A DNA stretch of 24,000 nucleotides from Gilliamella apicola. GTDB taxonomy: Bacteria > Pseudomonadota > Gammaproteobacteria > Enterobacterales > Orbaceae. Positions within the stretch are counted from its first letter, which is position 1; each line of letters starts with the position of its first letter. The translations under genes were made by a program, and so were the position numbers. Positions 1 to 12,625 of this stretch are shown piece by piece. Location: NCBI RefSeq assembly GCF_003202915.1, contig NZ_QGLP01000005.1, positions 326,721 through 350,720 on the forward strand. Reading direction: 5' to 3'. The notes beneath the pieces were generated by a model. The model had not been told where the DNA came from, made no database searches, and was given only the letters and a program-made list of their open reading frames with translations.

Positions 1-117
1 ACTGGCGACAACGACCATCACCGAATCGAAAGTTTGTTTAAAGCTTTTGCGCGTACACTTAAACAAGCGATTAAAATTGAAAGTGACAGACTACCTAGCT
101 CGAAAGGAGTGTTATAG
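1..117 (+). CDS. hisB: Imidazoleglycerol-phosphate dehydratase/histidinol-phosphatase HisB, 3' end (partial, runs off the left edge)
   Basis: Frame 1 is open from the window edge and reads [38 protein letters not shown]. This is an IGPD-type C-terminus (DHH motif, ...KGVL end). TAG at 115-117 abuts the hisH ATG (TAGATG). Position upstream of hisH-hisA-hisF-hisIE fits his operon order. Confidence 0.8.
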   Translation, partial: TGDNDHHRIESLFKAFARTLKQAIKIESDRLPSSKGVL

Positions 118-2211
<2,094 letters not shown>

Positions 2212-2218
<7 letters not shown>

Positions 2219-2838
2219 CTCAACATTCTCAAATACAAATAGATACCAAACAACTTGATTGGCAAAAAGTCGATAATTTAATGCCAGTGATTATTCAGCA
2301 CTATGTATCTGGCGAAGTGCTGATGCTTGGTTATATGAATCAAGAGGCTTTAGCTCAAACCCAAAGCAGCGGAAAAGTCACCTTTTATTCTCGCACCAAA
2401 CAACGTTTATGGACCAAAGGTGAAACCTCGGGTAACTTTTTAAATGTAGTTAGTATCTCATCCGATTGTGATAACGATACCCTGTTAATCTTAGTCAACC
2501 CAATCGGACCGACTTGTCATACCGGAGCAAATAGCTGCTTCACTAACAGTAAAACTGAGTGGGGCTTTCTATATGATTTAGAGCAATTATTGGGAGCTCG
2601 TAAACAAGCCGATCCGCAATCCTCTTATACCGCAAAACTCTACCATGACGGTACTAAACGTATTGCCCAAAAAGTTGGCGAAGAAGGCGTTGAAACGGCG
2701 CTTGCAGCCACGGTACACGATAAAGAAGAGTTAAAAAATGAATCAGCTGATTTAATCTATCACTTACTTGTCTTACTGCAAGATCAAAACCTTGCTCTAC
2801 AAGATGTGATCGGTATTTTAAAAACTAGACATAAATAA
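2212..2838 (+). CDS. hisI: Bifunctional phosphoribosyl-AMP cyclohydrolase / phosphoribosyl-ATP pyrophosphatase HisIE
   Basis: 208 aa. The N-terminal half has HisI motifs ([23 protein letters not shown]). The C-terminal half is HisE-like (SYTAKL...KVGEEGVE...[13 protein letters not shown]). Its ATG overlaps the hisF stop (ATGCTAA). Confidence 0.95.
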
Positions 2839-2843
2839 CCACT

Positions 2844-2876
2844 AAAAAACCAAGCACACCATTCGCTGCTTGGTTT
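2844..2876. terminator. Hairpin terminator between convergent hisIE and cysB (possibly bidirectional)
   Basis: aaccaagca (2848-2856) pairs with tgcttggtt (2867-2875) as a 9-bp stem with a 10-nt loop. An A-run lies on the left and ttt on the right. Located 6 nt after the hisIE stop. Confidence 0.6.
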
Positions 2877-2910
2877 ACTAAACTTTATCAGCCGAAAATG
2901 ACAAATACCT

Positions 2911-3882
2911 TTATCTAACTGGTAACTTAACGCCATTAAACATAGCTTGCACCTCGATATTATTTTCACAAAGACTAAGTTTATCGATGGTTTGTCTATT
3001 TAAATGCGGTGAAAATTGACTAATAAAATCGTACATATAGTTACGCAAAAACAGAGAACGTGCAAATGCGATATAAGTGGTACTGTAGGGGAATATATGG
3101 CCGGCATTAAGTACCACAAACTCACTATCAGAGTTCTCATTAACTGCCATTTTAGCAACAATGCCAACACCAACACCTAACTTAACATAGGTCTTAATCA
3201 AATCAGCATCAGTGGTGCTAAAAACAATATTAGGTACCTGATTAGCCTTAATAAATGCTTGATTTAGGTCGGAACCATCATTAGAAAAGTCGTAACTGAC
3301 TAACGGATAGTTAGATAATTCTTCGATTGTGATTAGACTACTTTTGGCTAAAGGATGATCTTTCATAACAATCACCGCCTGGTTCCAGTGATAACAAGGT
3401 AAAGCAATCATATCATCACTAAGATCTGACAAATCAGTAACAATAGCAAAGTCCGCTTGTCCGGTTTGTGCTTGCAAGAGACATTGAGCGGATGAACCTT
3501 GCTCCATATGAAGGGTAATACTTGGATATTGCAGCATAAATTGTTGGATAACCAATGGTAAAGTATACCGAGCTTGAGTATAAGTGGTGGTAATTGTTAA
3601 TGAGCCTTGATTTGGTTGACTAAACTCTTTAGCTAGAATTTTAATATCTTGTGCTTTATTTAAAATCTCACGGGCTAAAGCAATAATTTGATCACCAACT
3701 GGCGTAACTTCTGAAAGATGTTTACCTACACGGGTAAAGATTTGTACATTGAGCTCGTCTTCCAATAATTTAATCTGCTTACTAATCCCTGGTTGCGAGG
3801 TATACAGTTTTTCAGAGGTAAGAGAGACATTGAGATCGTTATTGACGACCTCAACAATATAACGCAGTTGTTGCAACTTCAT
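2911..3882 (-). CDS. cysB: LysR-family transcriptional regulator CysB (cysteine regulon activator)
   Basis: Track ORF trimmed to MKLQQLRYIVEVVNNDLNVSLTSEKLYTSQPGISKQIKLLEDEL.... This is near-identical in pattern to the E. coli CysB N-terminus as I recall it. ATG at 3880-3882 is preceded by AGGAG. It sits next to topA, as in E. coli. Confidence 0.9.
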   Translation of the reverse strand: MKLQQLRYIVEVVNNDLNVSLTSEKLYTSQPGISKQIKLLEDELNVQIFTRVGKHLSEVTPVGDQIIALAREILNKAQDIKILAKEFSQPNQGSLTITTTYTQARYTLPLVIQQFMLQYPSITLHMEQGSSAQCLLQAQTGQADFAIVTDLSDLSDDMIALPCYHWNQAVIVMKDHPLAKSSLITIEELSNYPLVSYDFSNDGSDLNQAFIKANQVPNIVFSTTDADLIKTYVKLGVGVGIVAKMAVNENSDSEFVVLNAGHIFPYSTTYIAFARSLFLRNYMYDFISQFSPHLNRQTIDKLSLCENNIEVQAMFNGVKLPVR

Positions 3883-4048
3883 GACAAAGGCTCCTTTGAC
3901 CATATACATTTCCCTCTTCTCAACAATAATTTAAGAAAGAGGAAAATTGCAAGGTAATTCCTTTCACACTTTAGCACAAGACAGCTTTTTTATACTAAAA
4001 CGGCTACTTAACCTGATCTATTCTTCAAAAATGACCTGGTGTTCTTAC

Positions 4049-6649
4049 CTATTTTTTACTATTAACCCATTTACCATGAACATATTTCATCACCCAACCG
4101 GTAGATTTGCCGTTCACTTCAGATGTGACATATTGTTCCTTACTTTTACGACTAAAGCGAACAATACTCGGATTACCATTTGGATCATGACTTGGTGCTT
4201 CGGTTAAATAAATGAATTTTTCCGGTAAACGATATTTAAAACGTTGTAACTCTTCAATTAAAGGTGCACGAGTTTCCCTAGATTTAGGAAAATTATGTGC
4301 CGCTAAAAAGATACCTGATGCACCATCTCTTAGCACAAAATGGGCATCTGATTTGCTACATTTTAGTTCAGGTAAATCAACAGGATCTTCTTTAGGTGGA
4401 GCCACATCACCATTTTTTAAGATTTTACGAGTGTTTTTACAATCTTGGTTAGTACATCCCATATACAAACCAAAACGGCCTGACTTAAGATGCATTTCTG
4501 ATCCACATTTTTCACATTCAATAATTGGACCATCGTAACTTTTTACTTTAAATGTACCCTTTTCAACTAATGAGCCATCACAAATTGGGTTATTACCGCA
4601 AATATGCAACTTACGCTCATTATCCAGCAGATAACTATCCATCGCAGTATGACATTTAGGGCAACGTTTAAGTGCTCTTAGAGCATTAGTTTCTGCTGTT
4701 TCCGCTTCTTCCAAAATGTTCAAAGTTTCATGTTCAGGAATTAGGTTAATTGTCTGCTTACAACGCTCTTTCGGTGGCAACGCATAACCAGAACATGCTA
4801 AAAACACACCGGTTCCTGCTGTTTTGATTCCCATTTCACGACTACAGTTAGGACATTTAATTTCTGGTGTTAAAACGAGTGGATTTAATTGCATTCCTCC
4901 ATGATCAGGATCTTGTTCTGCAATTTCAAGATGTTGACTGAAATCTTCAAAGAATTGATCTAAAACTTCGCGCCATTCTTGTTTTTTATTGGCAATCTCA
5001 TCAAGTGCATACTCCATGCGTGCGGTAAAATCATAACTCATAAGATCATTAAAGTTTTCACTTAACCTATCAGTAACAATCTCACCGATTTTTTCCGCAT
5101 AAAAACGACGATTATCTAATCGTACATATCCACGGTCTTGAATGGTTGAAATAATGGTTGCATAAGTAGATGGACGACCAATTTCTCGTTTTTCTAATTC
5201 TTTTACCAATGAAGCTTCATTATAACGAGCAGGAGGTTTAGTAAAGTGTTGATCTGGATTTAAACTCAAAAGTTCTAAAATATCTTTAACCGATACTGCT
5301 GGTAACATCTTATCTTCATTATTTTTACTTAACTGTGATTGTACTTTTGTCCAACCATCAAAACGTAAAGTACGACCTTTGGCTTTTAAAGTAAAATCAC
5401 CCGCTTTAACAGTAACTGTAATAGAGTTATATTCAGCGGATGTCATTTGGCAAGCAACAAATTGACGCCAAATTAATTGATATAATTTAACCGCATCAAC
5501 GTCGACATCACTAAGACTAGTTGCTGAAATATTCACATCTGACGGACGAATTGCTTCATGTGCTTCTTGTGAATTTTTCTTACTTGTATAAACATTCGGT
5601 GACTTCGGTAGATATTTATCACCATAGTTTTTGCCAATATAATCGCGAACCATATTTAATGCATCTTGACTCAAATTTGTTGAATCGGTACGCATATAAG
5701 TGATATAACCGGCTTCATATAAGCGCTGGGCCAACATCATTGTCTTCTTCACTCCAAAACCAAGGCGAGTACTTGCCGCTTGTTGCAAAGTTGAAGTAAT
5801 AAATGGTGCAGTTGGATTACTTTTAGTCGGTTTTTCTTCAATATTGGTAACTTGGTATTGCTTGTTATTTAACTCTGCTAACGCAATATCAATAGAAACT
5901 TGATCTTTTGGTTCAAACGCATCATCTTTATAATGCGTGACTTGCATAGTTAATTTTTCTTGATTAGCAGTTTTTAAATCGGCATAAAGTTCCCAATACT
6001 CTTCAGGAATAAAAGCATGGATTTCACGTTCACGTTCAACAACTAATCGTACCGCAACTGATTGAACACGACCGGCCGATAAACCACGTGCCACTTTCTT
6101 CCAGAGTAACGGCGACACCATAAAACCCACCACACGGTCCATAAATCGGCGTGCTTGCTGAGCATTAACGCGATCCATATCCAACATAGCCGGATGTTTA
6201 AATGCATTTTGAATGGCAGTTTTAGTGATTTCATTAAATACAACGCGGCGATACTTATCATCATCACCACCAATAACATCTTTAAGATGCCAAGCAATGG
6301 CTTCCCCTTCTCTATCCAAGTCGGTTGCCAGATAAATCATATCCGCATCTTTGGCTAATTTTTTAAGTTCATCAACTACCCGCTCTTTGCCTGGCAAAAT
6401 TTCATAATGAGCTTTCCAACCGTTATAAGGATCGACACTCATACGGTCGACTAAGATCTGTTTTTCAGATCGTTTTACTTTCTTCTCAGCTTTATCTTTG
6501 CTGGCTTTATCATTGCGGTGGCTACTACCACTTACTGGAAGATCTCGAATATGCCCCACGCTTGATTTAACCACGAAATCTTTGCCAAGGTATTTATTAA
6601 TCGTTTTTGCTTTTGCTGGTGATTCCACAATAACAAGGGATTTTCCCAT
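4049..6649 (-). CDS. topA: DNA topoisomerase I
   Basis: 866 aa, [22 protein letters not shown] (TOPRIM). Contains the active-site region ITYMRTDST, and C-terminal CxxC zinc ribbons (CPNCS, CPKCH, CEKCG). Confidence 0.97.
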   Translation of the reverse strand: MGKSLVIVESPAKAKTINKYLGKDFVVKSSVGHIRDLPVSGSSHRNDKASKDKAEKKVKRSEKQILVDRMSVDPYNGWKAHYEILPGKERVVDELKKLAKDADMIYLATDLDREGEAIAWHLKDVIGGDDDKYRRVVFNEITKTAIQNAFKHPAMLDMDRVNAQQARRFMDRVVGFMVSPLLWKKVARGLSAGRVQSVAVRLVVEREREIHAFIPEEYWELYADLKTANQEKLTMQVTHYKDDAFEPKDQVSIDIALAELNNKQYQVTNIEEKPTKSNPTAPFITSTLQQAASTRLGFGVKKTMMLAQRLYEAGYITYMRTDSTNLSQDALNMVRDYIGKNYGDKYLPKSPNVYTSKKNSQEAHEAIRPSDVNISATSLSDVDVDAVKLYQLIWRQFVACQMTSAEYNSITVTVKAGDFTLKAKGRTLRFDGWTKVQSQLSKNNEDKMLPAVSVKDILELLSLNPDQHFTKPPARYNEASLVKELEKREIGRPSTYATIISTIQDRGYVRLDNRRFYAEKIGEIVTDRLSENFNDLMSYDFTARMEYALDEIANKKQEWREVLDQFFEDFSQHLEIAEQDPDHGGMQLNPLVLTPEIKCPNCSREMGIKTAGTGVFLACSGYALPPKERCKQTINLIPEHETLNILEEAETAETNALRALKRCPKCHTAMDSYLLDNERKLHICGNNPICDGSLVEKGTFKVKSYDGPIIECEKCGSEMHLKSGRFGLYMGCTNQDCKNTRKILKNGDVAPPKEDPVDLPELKCSKSDAHFVLRDGASGIFLAAHNFPKSRETRAPLIEELQRFKYRLPEKFIYLTEAPSHDPNGNPSIVRFSRKSKEQYVTSEVNGKSTGWVMKYVHGKWVNSKK

Positions 6650-6678
6650 AATTAAACCTATTTATCCTGTAGTTTAAG

Positions 6679-7143
6679 TTATTTACCGTCTAGATTATCA
6701 TCGAGTAATGACAGTAAATCATCTTTAATTGTCGATACTTTAGTGGCATATTGCTCTTTTTGTTCTGCATCTTCAATTAATTGCGTAATTGTTTGTGACA
6801 ACGTACATTTTCGGCGTTTAGCTAAATTAGCTAATCTTTGCCATACTAGAAATTCCAAATCAATAGACTTTTTACGTGTATTTTGTTGCTCGGCATTAAA
6901 ATGCCGTTTTCGCCTTGCCCGAATAGTTTGTTTCATGCGATTATCTAAACCGGGATTTAAATGCTGCTTAATCCAATCAACGACAGCTGTCGGTTTGTGT
7001 TCTAATAATAGTAGTTCATTTACGGCTTGCTCTGCTGCACTCCTTTCTATATAACGAGTAATTAGCTCACCTTCTAAATGTCTTTTTACTAGATAGTGCC
7101 ACTTCCAACCGCATTCAAGGTTTTCTAATTGTTGGTATTTCAT
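6679..7143 (-). CDS. matP: Macrodomain Ter protein MatP
   Basis: Track ORF trimmed to [33 protein letters not shown]...[30 protein letters not shown].... This matches the E. coli MatP sequence pattern as I recall it. ATG at 7141-7143 is preceded by AAGGTGAG. Confidence 0.92.
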   Translation of the reverse strand: MKYQQLENLECGWKWHYLVKRHLEGELITRYIERSAAEQAVNELLLLEHKPTAVVDWIKQHLNPGLDNRMKQTIRARRKRHFNAEQQNTRKKSIDLEFLVWQRLANLAKRRKCTLSQTITQLIEDAEQKEQYATKVSTIKDDLLSLLDDNLDGK

Positions 7144-7154
7144 AAGCTCACCTT

Positions 7155-7167
7155 GTGACGCTGTAAC
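7155..7167. promoter_or_regulatory. matS-like 13-mer (12 of 13 match to GTGACRNYGTCAC)
   Basis: The + strand reads GTGACGCTGTAAC, with one mismatch (A for C in the right arm). It lies 11 nt upstream of the matP ATG, abutting its Shine-Dalgarno. Confidence 0.35.
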
Positions 7168-7292
7168 TAAATATAATAGTTGTAGCATAAACTCAACACA
7201 CAATAAAGAAAATTATTGCATTTGACAAATTTTTTATAAATCTGTTATCGTTCACCTTTCACTTCAATCTTCTAATTAAGGAATCACGTATA

Positions 7293-8978
7293 ATGGCAAA
7301 AGCCGATGTTATTTATATTAATGGCCACATCTACACGGCTGACAAACACGATACAGTCTGTGAAGCTATTGCAATTCAAAACGGCTATATTATTGCAACT
7401 GGCACCACACAAGAGATAAATAACACTCAATATGTTGATAATTGTACGATAATTTATGATCTACAAGGTAAAACTATGATGCCCGGCATTATTGATGCCC
7501 ATTTACATACTTTTTGGGGTGGCATGCAACTATCATCATGTAATCTAAATTATCAAAGTTTAACTGTCGATGCCACTCTGGCCATTATTCAACAATATTT
7601 AGATAACGATTCCCTTAGTAACAGCACAAATTGGTTACAAGTTCGTGGCTGGTTGCGTCAAGAAGTATTACCAATCGGTACTGACATTACCCGTTTTGAT
7701 CTTGACAAGCTTAATACCACGCGTCCGGTTATTTTATTCTCAAATGATTGTCATACACTTGTTGCTAACAGTATTGCTTTAGAAAAATTTGGACTCGATC
7801 GTAATACGCCAGAGCCTTCTGATGGTAAAATTGGGCGTACTAAAGATGGCGAATTAAATGGTATATTAGAAGATGCTCCTGCAATGCGTGCATTTGACAG
7901 CATTTCTAAACTTACCGATGAACAAGCGGTAAACATCGCTAAATTATCACAAACAGAATTAAATAAGCAAGGGGTAACTTCAGTAATGGATGCGCGTATT
8001 ACTGAAACCCAAGCCGATGCATTTTTAAAATTACAACAGCAAGATGAGCTTTCAATACGCTTATTTGGAGCTCGTGAGTTACCCCCTGATGATGTCGATT
8101 CGATTGAAGACGTTCCAGCGGTTATTGCTCGGGTAAAACAGTTTGCTAAACGCTATGACGACCAAAATTGGCAACCAAAACCGGGAATAAAAGTATCGCA
8201 TACGAAATTATTCGTTGATGGCGTAATGCAAGCGCCATTAATGACAGCGCGTTTGCTAAAACCCTATCAATTAGAAAATGAAAAAGAGCGCTATGGTGAT
8301 CTCTATTACTCCACAGAAATGCTAGATGCCTTAATCCTTGAATCATCAAAAGCAGGTTTTCACCCTCACATGCACACCGTTGGCGAAGGGGCAATCGAAG
8401 TGGTTCTTAACGCCATTGAAAAAATGCGAAAAGCACTACCTGATGCGGATATTCGCCCAAGTACGGCCCATAATGAACTCAGTGCTATGCATCAATTTGC
8501 CCGTTATAAACAATTAAAAGCCAGTGTGGTATTTTCATTCCAATGGGCTGGCTGTAGCTCGGCAATGGTTGAACAATACCAAACACTGTTTGGTGCTGAA
8601 CGTTATAATGGTTTAGAAGCCCATGGTCAATATATTGATGCCGGTGTAACCTGTGCTTTTGGTAGTGATTGGCCAATTGATCCACTTAATGAATGGTATG
8701 ATTTCCAAATTGCTATGACTCGACAAATTGACACCGAGCATCCACGCTTAAATAGCGACCGCAATTTAACTGCCGTTGAAGTGCTACGTTGTGCAACTAT
8801 TGGTGCGGCTTACATGTTAAAACAAGATGAGTATATCGGCTCTATTGAAAAAGGCAAATTTGCTGATGTAATTATTTTAGATCGCAATCCGTTTACCATT
8901 CCGGCAACAGATATGCAAAACGTCAAAGTACTAACGACAATTGTTGGCGGCAAAACGGTTTATCAACAAGCCTATTAA
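7293..8978 (+). CDS. Metal-dependent amidohydrolase (amidohydrolase-3 / YtcJ-like family)
   Basis: 561 aa. Has N-terminal MPGIIDAHLH (HxH metal motif), later HTVGEGA, AHNEL and FGSDWP (Asp), and a C-terminal GSIEKGKFADVIILD. AAGGAA SD lies 9 nt upstream. Confidence 0.85.
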   Translation: MAKADVIYINGHIYTADKHDTVCEAIAIQNGYIIATGTTQEINNTQYVDNCTIIYDLQGKTMMPGIIDAHLHTFWGGMQLSSCNLNYQSLTVDATLAIIQQYLDNDSLSNSTNWLQVRGWLRQEVLPIGTDITRFDLDKLNTTRPVILFSNDCHTLVANSIALEKFGLDRNTPEPSDGKIGRTKDGELNGILEDAPAMRAFDSISKLTDEQAVNIAKLSQTELNKQGVTSVMDARITETQADAFLKLQQQDELSIRLFGARELPPDDVDSIEDVPAVIARVKQFAKRYDDQNWQPKPGIKVSHTKLFVDGVMQAPLMTARLLKPYQLENEKERYGDLYYSTEMLDALILESSKAGFHPHMHTVGEGAIEVVLNAIEKMRKALPDADIRPSTAHNELSAMHQFARYKQLKASVVFSFQWAGCSSAMVEQYQTLFGAERYNGLEAHGQYIDAGVTCAFGSDWPIDPLNEWYDFQIAMTRQIDTEHPRLNSDRNLTAVEVLRCATIGAAYMLKQDEYIGSIEKGKFADVIILDRNPFTIPATDMQNVKVLTTIVGGKTVYQQAY

Positions 8979-8993
8979 ACTTTAAGTAAATTC

Positions 8994-9025
8994 ACTACCC
9001 CGCCAATGGTTCGGGGTAGTTTTTT
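8994..9025. terminator. Rho-independent terminator after the amidohydrolase gene
   Basis: actaccccg (8994-9002) pairs with cggggtagt (9012-9020), loop ccaatggtt, then tttttt. It also abuts the 3' end of the convergent PTS pseudogene. Confidence 0.75.
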
Positions 9026-10432
9026 ATAACGTGTCAGCATCAACAACATCATCTTCAACTGCTGGTTTTCGGGTAAAGTGAAAAATCGTAGCAATAATAA
9101 ATGCTCCGATGAACATATCAATCACATACCACAATGCACCTTTGGTTACAGCATCAAGTGTAACTAAACCACCAAATGCAACCAAGGAATCAATACTATT
9201 AATCATACCTAGCATACCCACAACTGCTATACCTACAACGATAGCGATAATAACTCGTTACGGATCTTTAATGGCGAATGGAATCGCGACTTCAGTACTA
9301 ACTGCTAAAGATAAAAAGAACGCAGTGATACCAAACTGTTTTTCTTCTTTGGTATTTTTAGAACGTGATACCAGTAAAGAGGATATTGCTAATCCTAAAA
9401 GAGGAATTGCACAGCACATACGGAGCTCGCCATTAGGACCATAAACACTTTCTGCCATAGCTGCTAACGTAAAGACGGTGGCAGCTTTACTACAAGGTCC
9501 ACCCATATCAATCGCAGCAAGCACACTGATTCCTATACCTAAAAATGCCGCATTAACTTCTGACATGACTTTTAAAGTTTTTACCATTACTTTTACAAAC
9601 CAATCAAGGGGATATGACAAATCTTAAATATAAATAGGCGTCATGACCAGTAATGTTACTGTTGGAATAATCATCACCGGCATAACCGAAGCAATAACCG
9701 GATGGAATTTAACGGTTTTAAACCATTTAACAAAATAGCCAATAAGGACACTGAAAATCATTGTACCAATAAAACCAGTAGATACATGATTACTGCCAAT
9801 TGGATTATTTACTACATTTCCCATAATAAACGCTGGTGCCAAGGGGGCATTACCACCAATAGAGTAAGCCATATAAGCCGCAAGCACTGGCACCATCATT
9901 GCGAAGCCGTAGAAAGCCACTTGTTGCAAATTGGCAAAGAATTGATTGCTTGGTAAAATAGCTTTTCCTACCACATGTCCAGTCATTAAAACGATTGAGA
10001 GAAGAATACCGGAAGCAATGATAGCCAGTAAAAATTTACTGATACCAGTATTTAACGATCTAAATATCTCTTTACCAATACTCTCTTTTACTTCTTTTGG
10101 GGATGATAAGGCTTCGGCATTATTAAAAATGTTAGCTGTATTTTTAACCGCTTCACTAGTGCTAACCTTAATCACCTTTTTAAAAGGTTCTAACAGTTCA
10201 GCATTATCGATTGAAATATCTGTCGCTAACAAAATTACATCAGCTCTTTTCAAATCTTTCTCAGTTAATACATTATCAATTCCAGCTGCTCCTTGGGTTT
10301 CAATCTTACAATCCCATCCTCACTGTTTAGCTTCATTTTCAATTTTTTGTTTAGCAATATAAGTATGGCCATTTCGGCAGAACAGGCACATATAGCAACA
10401 ATCTTTTTATTTTTTAAGGATTCTTTACTCAT
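9024..10432 (-). pseudogene. PTS fructose-family EIIBC component, disrupted (1 frameshift + 3 in-frame stops)
   Basis: Four ORF fragments together read as a Fru-type EIIB (KKIVAICACSAEMA/HTYIAKQ...GWDCKIETQGAAGIDNVLTEKDLKRADVILLATD) followed by an EIIC (AIDMGGPCSKAA, EVAIPFAIKDP*RVI...). Lesions are a -1 frameshift near 10367/10368, in-frame TGA at 10320-10322, in-frame TAA at 9624-9626, and in-frame TAA at 9258-9260 (DP*RVI where relatives have DPLRVI). All fragments downstream of the frameshift share one frame. Confidence 0.8.
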
Positions 10433-10862
10433 ATAAACCTCGGATTTTTTCTGCTACAATTTGTTGAATATCACTATTTAAAAGAACCCCAATAAAATTG
10501 TCATCAGCCAAGTTAGACGCCAATTTGGCAATAATTATTAAATGCTCTTTATTGGCATTTTGTGGTGCACCAATCAACACCATTAGCTTCACTTTATTGC
10601 CATTATTCCAGACTATCCCTTGATTATATTTTGCCACGACAATAAATGGTGTTTTCACTGCGTCACTTTTAGAATGCGGTAATGCAATATTGGGCAAAAC
10701 ATCAGTTTCCATCTCTTGCTCATGTTGCATGACATCATCAGAAAATTTATTTAAATCCCTTAAATATACTTTACTCTGTTCAGCCATCAATTTAATCACC
10801 AATGACTTATGTGAAATAACATCATTAGTTAATTCAACAGGTAAAATGGGAATTGGTTCCAT
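10425..10862 (-). CDS. PTS EIIA component, type 2 (fructose/mannitol/Ntr family)
   Basis: 145 aa with an ALPHSKS phosphorylation-site-like His and LMVLIGAP...HL, typical of EIIA-2. Its stop overlaps the EIIB start (ATGAGTAA). Confidence 0.8.
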   Translation of the reverse strand: MEPIPILPVELTNDVISHKSLVIKLMAEQSKVYLRDLNKFSDDVMQHEQEMETDVLPNIALPHSKSDAVKTPFIVVAKYNQGIVWNNGNKVKLMVLIGAPQNANKEHLIIIAKLASNLADDNFIGVLLNSDIQQIVAEKIRGLYE

Positions 10863-11193
10863 AATATGTGCTCTTGATTAATCGCTGTTCTCTGTGTAAT
10901 CTTTATACAATACTTTTAGATAAAAAATATTACTGTTTATAAAAATCGGATAACAATGAGCTGCTGAGAAATTTATCCATCAAACCTGGCAATAACCCTA
11001 ATCAGCTTATCGTAATTGATTTTTTTCTTTCGAAAAAGCTTACAAACCATCCGGATTTATAATCTTTACTAAAAATTAGCTTGCATAATTGTGATAATGT
11101 GGCAGAATTCCCTGCCGCTTTAAGCGGGTAAAAAGGCAAAACTATACTTAGTAGTTTTTTATTGTTTTTTGGGACAGAGGAGCAAAGTAAGTC

Positions 11194-12573
11194 ATGTCCG
11201 CAATAAAAATGAAACGAGTTTTAACCACACCTGCATTGATTGCATTTGGTTTAGCTTATATGGTTCCTTTAGGGATCTTTACCACTTATGGGGAAGTTAC
11301 CGTTGTCAGTAATGGACACTTACCTATAGCCTATATTATCACCCTTGCCATGATCTTTTTCACAGCATTGAGTTATTGTCGAATGGCAAACAAACTCCCT
11401 ATTGCTGGTTCGGCCTACACCTATGTACAACGAACATTTGGTGGAAAAGCCGGTTTCTTAGTTGGGTGGGCGCAAATTCTTGATTACCTATTTTTACCAA
11501 TATTAAATTACTTGGTTTTAGGCATCTATCTACATGAACTTTATGATAGTATTCCGGCTTATGTATATGTATTGGCATCTATTGTAGGTGTAAGTGTATT
11601 AAATTACCTTGGAATCAAGTTAATTAATTGGGCCAATATAACTTTGAATTTATTTCAAGCATTATTCATTGTTCTGTTTATTATTTTAACCTTAACAAAT
11701 GTCCATTTAACACCGGAAACAATGTTAAAACCAATATCAGTAACAAGCGATGATTTTAGTGGTTTATTTTCTGGAGCGGCCATATTATGTTTAGCATTCT
11801 TAGGCTTTGACGCCATTGCGACGCTAGCTGAAGAATCAAACGACGCTAAAAAAACCTTACCAAGAGCAATTATTGGTACCGTATTGATTGCTGGTTGTAT
11901 ATTTTTAGTTGTCTCCTATTGTGCGCATTTAGCCTATCCACAATGGACTGATTTTGCTGATAATAAAGATACTGCAAGTTTGGATGTAATGCGCAAAGTG
12001 GATAACATAAGTCACTTAACCAATGTACTTGGTAAATATGGCAATGATTTTATGTATAACTTCTTCCAAACAGCCTATTTAACTGGTGTCTTTGCCTCAA
12101 CTATGACAGCGCAAACTAGCGTGTCACGAATCTTTTATGCGATGGGGCGTGAAGGTGTGTTGCCAAAAAGGATCTTTTATAAAATTCACCCACGTTTTAG
12201 AACACCCTATTTATCAATTATTTTTGTTTCCTGTTTTTCCCTATTCGCTTTGGTACTTGATTTAAGCTTAGTCGTATCGATGATCAGTTTTGGTGCATTA
12301 GTTGCCTTCACCTTCGTTAATCTATGCGTAATCAAAAGTTACTTAAGTGGTACTAAAAAAACAGTACCAATGCTTTTAAAATATGGATTAATGCCAGCAA
12401 TTGGCGTATCACTTTCGTTATGGCTATGGACCAGTCTTGAAACGACAGCGATGACGGTGGGTTTAATTTGGTTAGCCATTGGATTTTGTTATTTACTTTA
12501 TCTAACTCGAGGTTTTACCAAATTATTGCCTTCAATTGATCATTCAGAATTGAATTCAATTATTAAAGATTAG
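11194..12573 (+). CDS. APC-superfamily amino acid/polyamine permease (PuuP/PlaP putrescine-importer-like)
   Basis: 459 aa with about 12 hydrophobic segments. Motifs resemble E. coli PlaP/PuuP as recalled: GLAYM, ALSYCRMANKLPIAGSAYTYVQ, GFLVGW..ILDYLF, GFDAIATLAEE, FGALVAFTFVNL. GAGGAG lies upstream. An alternative start is at 11209. Confidence 0.88.
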   Translation: MSAIKMKRVLTTPALIAFGLAYMVPLGIFTTYGEVTVVSNGHLPIAYIITLAMIFFTALSYCRMANKLPIAGSAYTYVQRTFGGKAGFLVGWAQILDYLFLPILNYLVLGIYLHELYDSIPAYVYVLASIVGVSVLNYLGIKLINWANITLNLFQALFIVLFIILTLTNVHLTPETMLKPISVTSDDFSGLFSGAAILCLAFLGFDAIATLAEESNDAKKTLPRAIIGTVLIAGCIFLVVSYCAHLAYPQWTDFADNKDTASLDVMRKVDNISHLTNVLGKYGNDFMYNFFQTAYLTGVFASTMTAQTSVSRIFYAMGREGVLPKRIFYKIHPRFRTPYLSIIFVSCFSLFALVLDLSLVVSMISFGALVAFTFVNLCVIKSYLSGTKKTVPMLLKYGLMPAIGVSLSLWLWTSLETTAMTVGLIWLAIGFCYLLYLTRGFTKLLPSIDHSELNSIIKD

Positions 12574-12625
12574 ATTAATCTATTAGGTCTACTTGAAAGT
12601 ATTTAGTTAATGCCCTTTTAAAAAT

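Noticed and set aside
7222-7250. TTGACA at 7222-7227 as the -35 box of an amidohydrolase promoter.
   Set aside because: No acceptable -10 hexamer lies at 16-18 bp (only TGTTAT/TTATCG). It is too weak to report as a feature.
9109-10362. Plus-strand ORFs 9109..9444, 9702..9956 and 9946..10362 opposite the PTS EIIBC region.
   Set aside because: They are antisense to sequence that translates into clear EIIB/EIIC motifs on the minus strand, and no family is recognisable.
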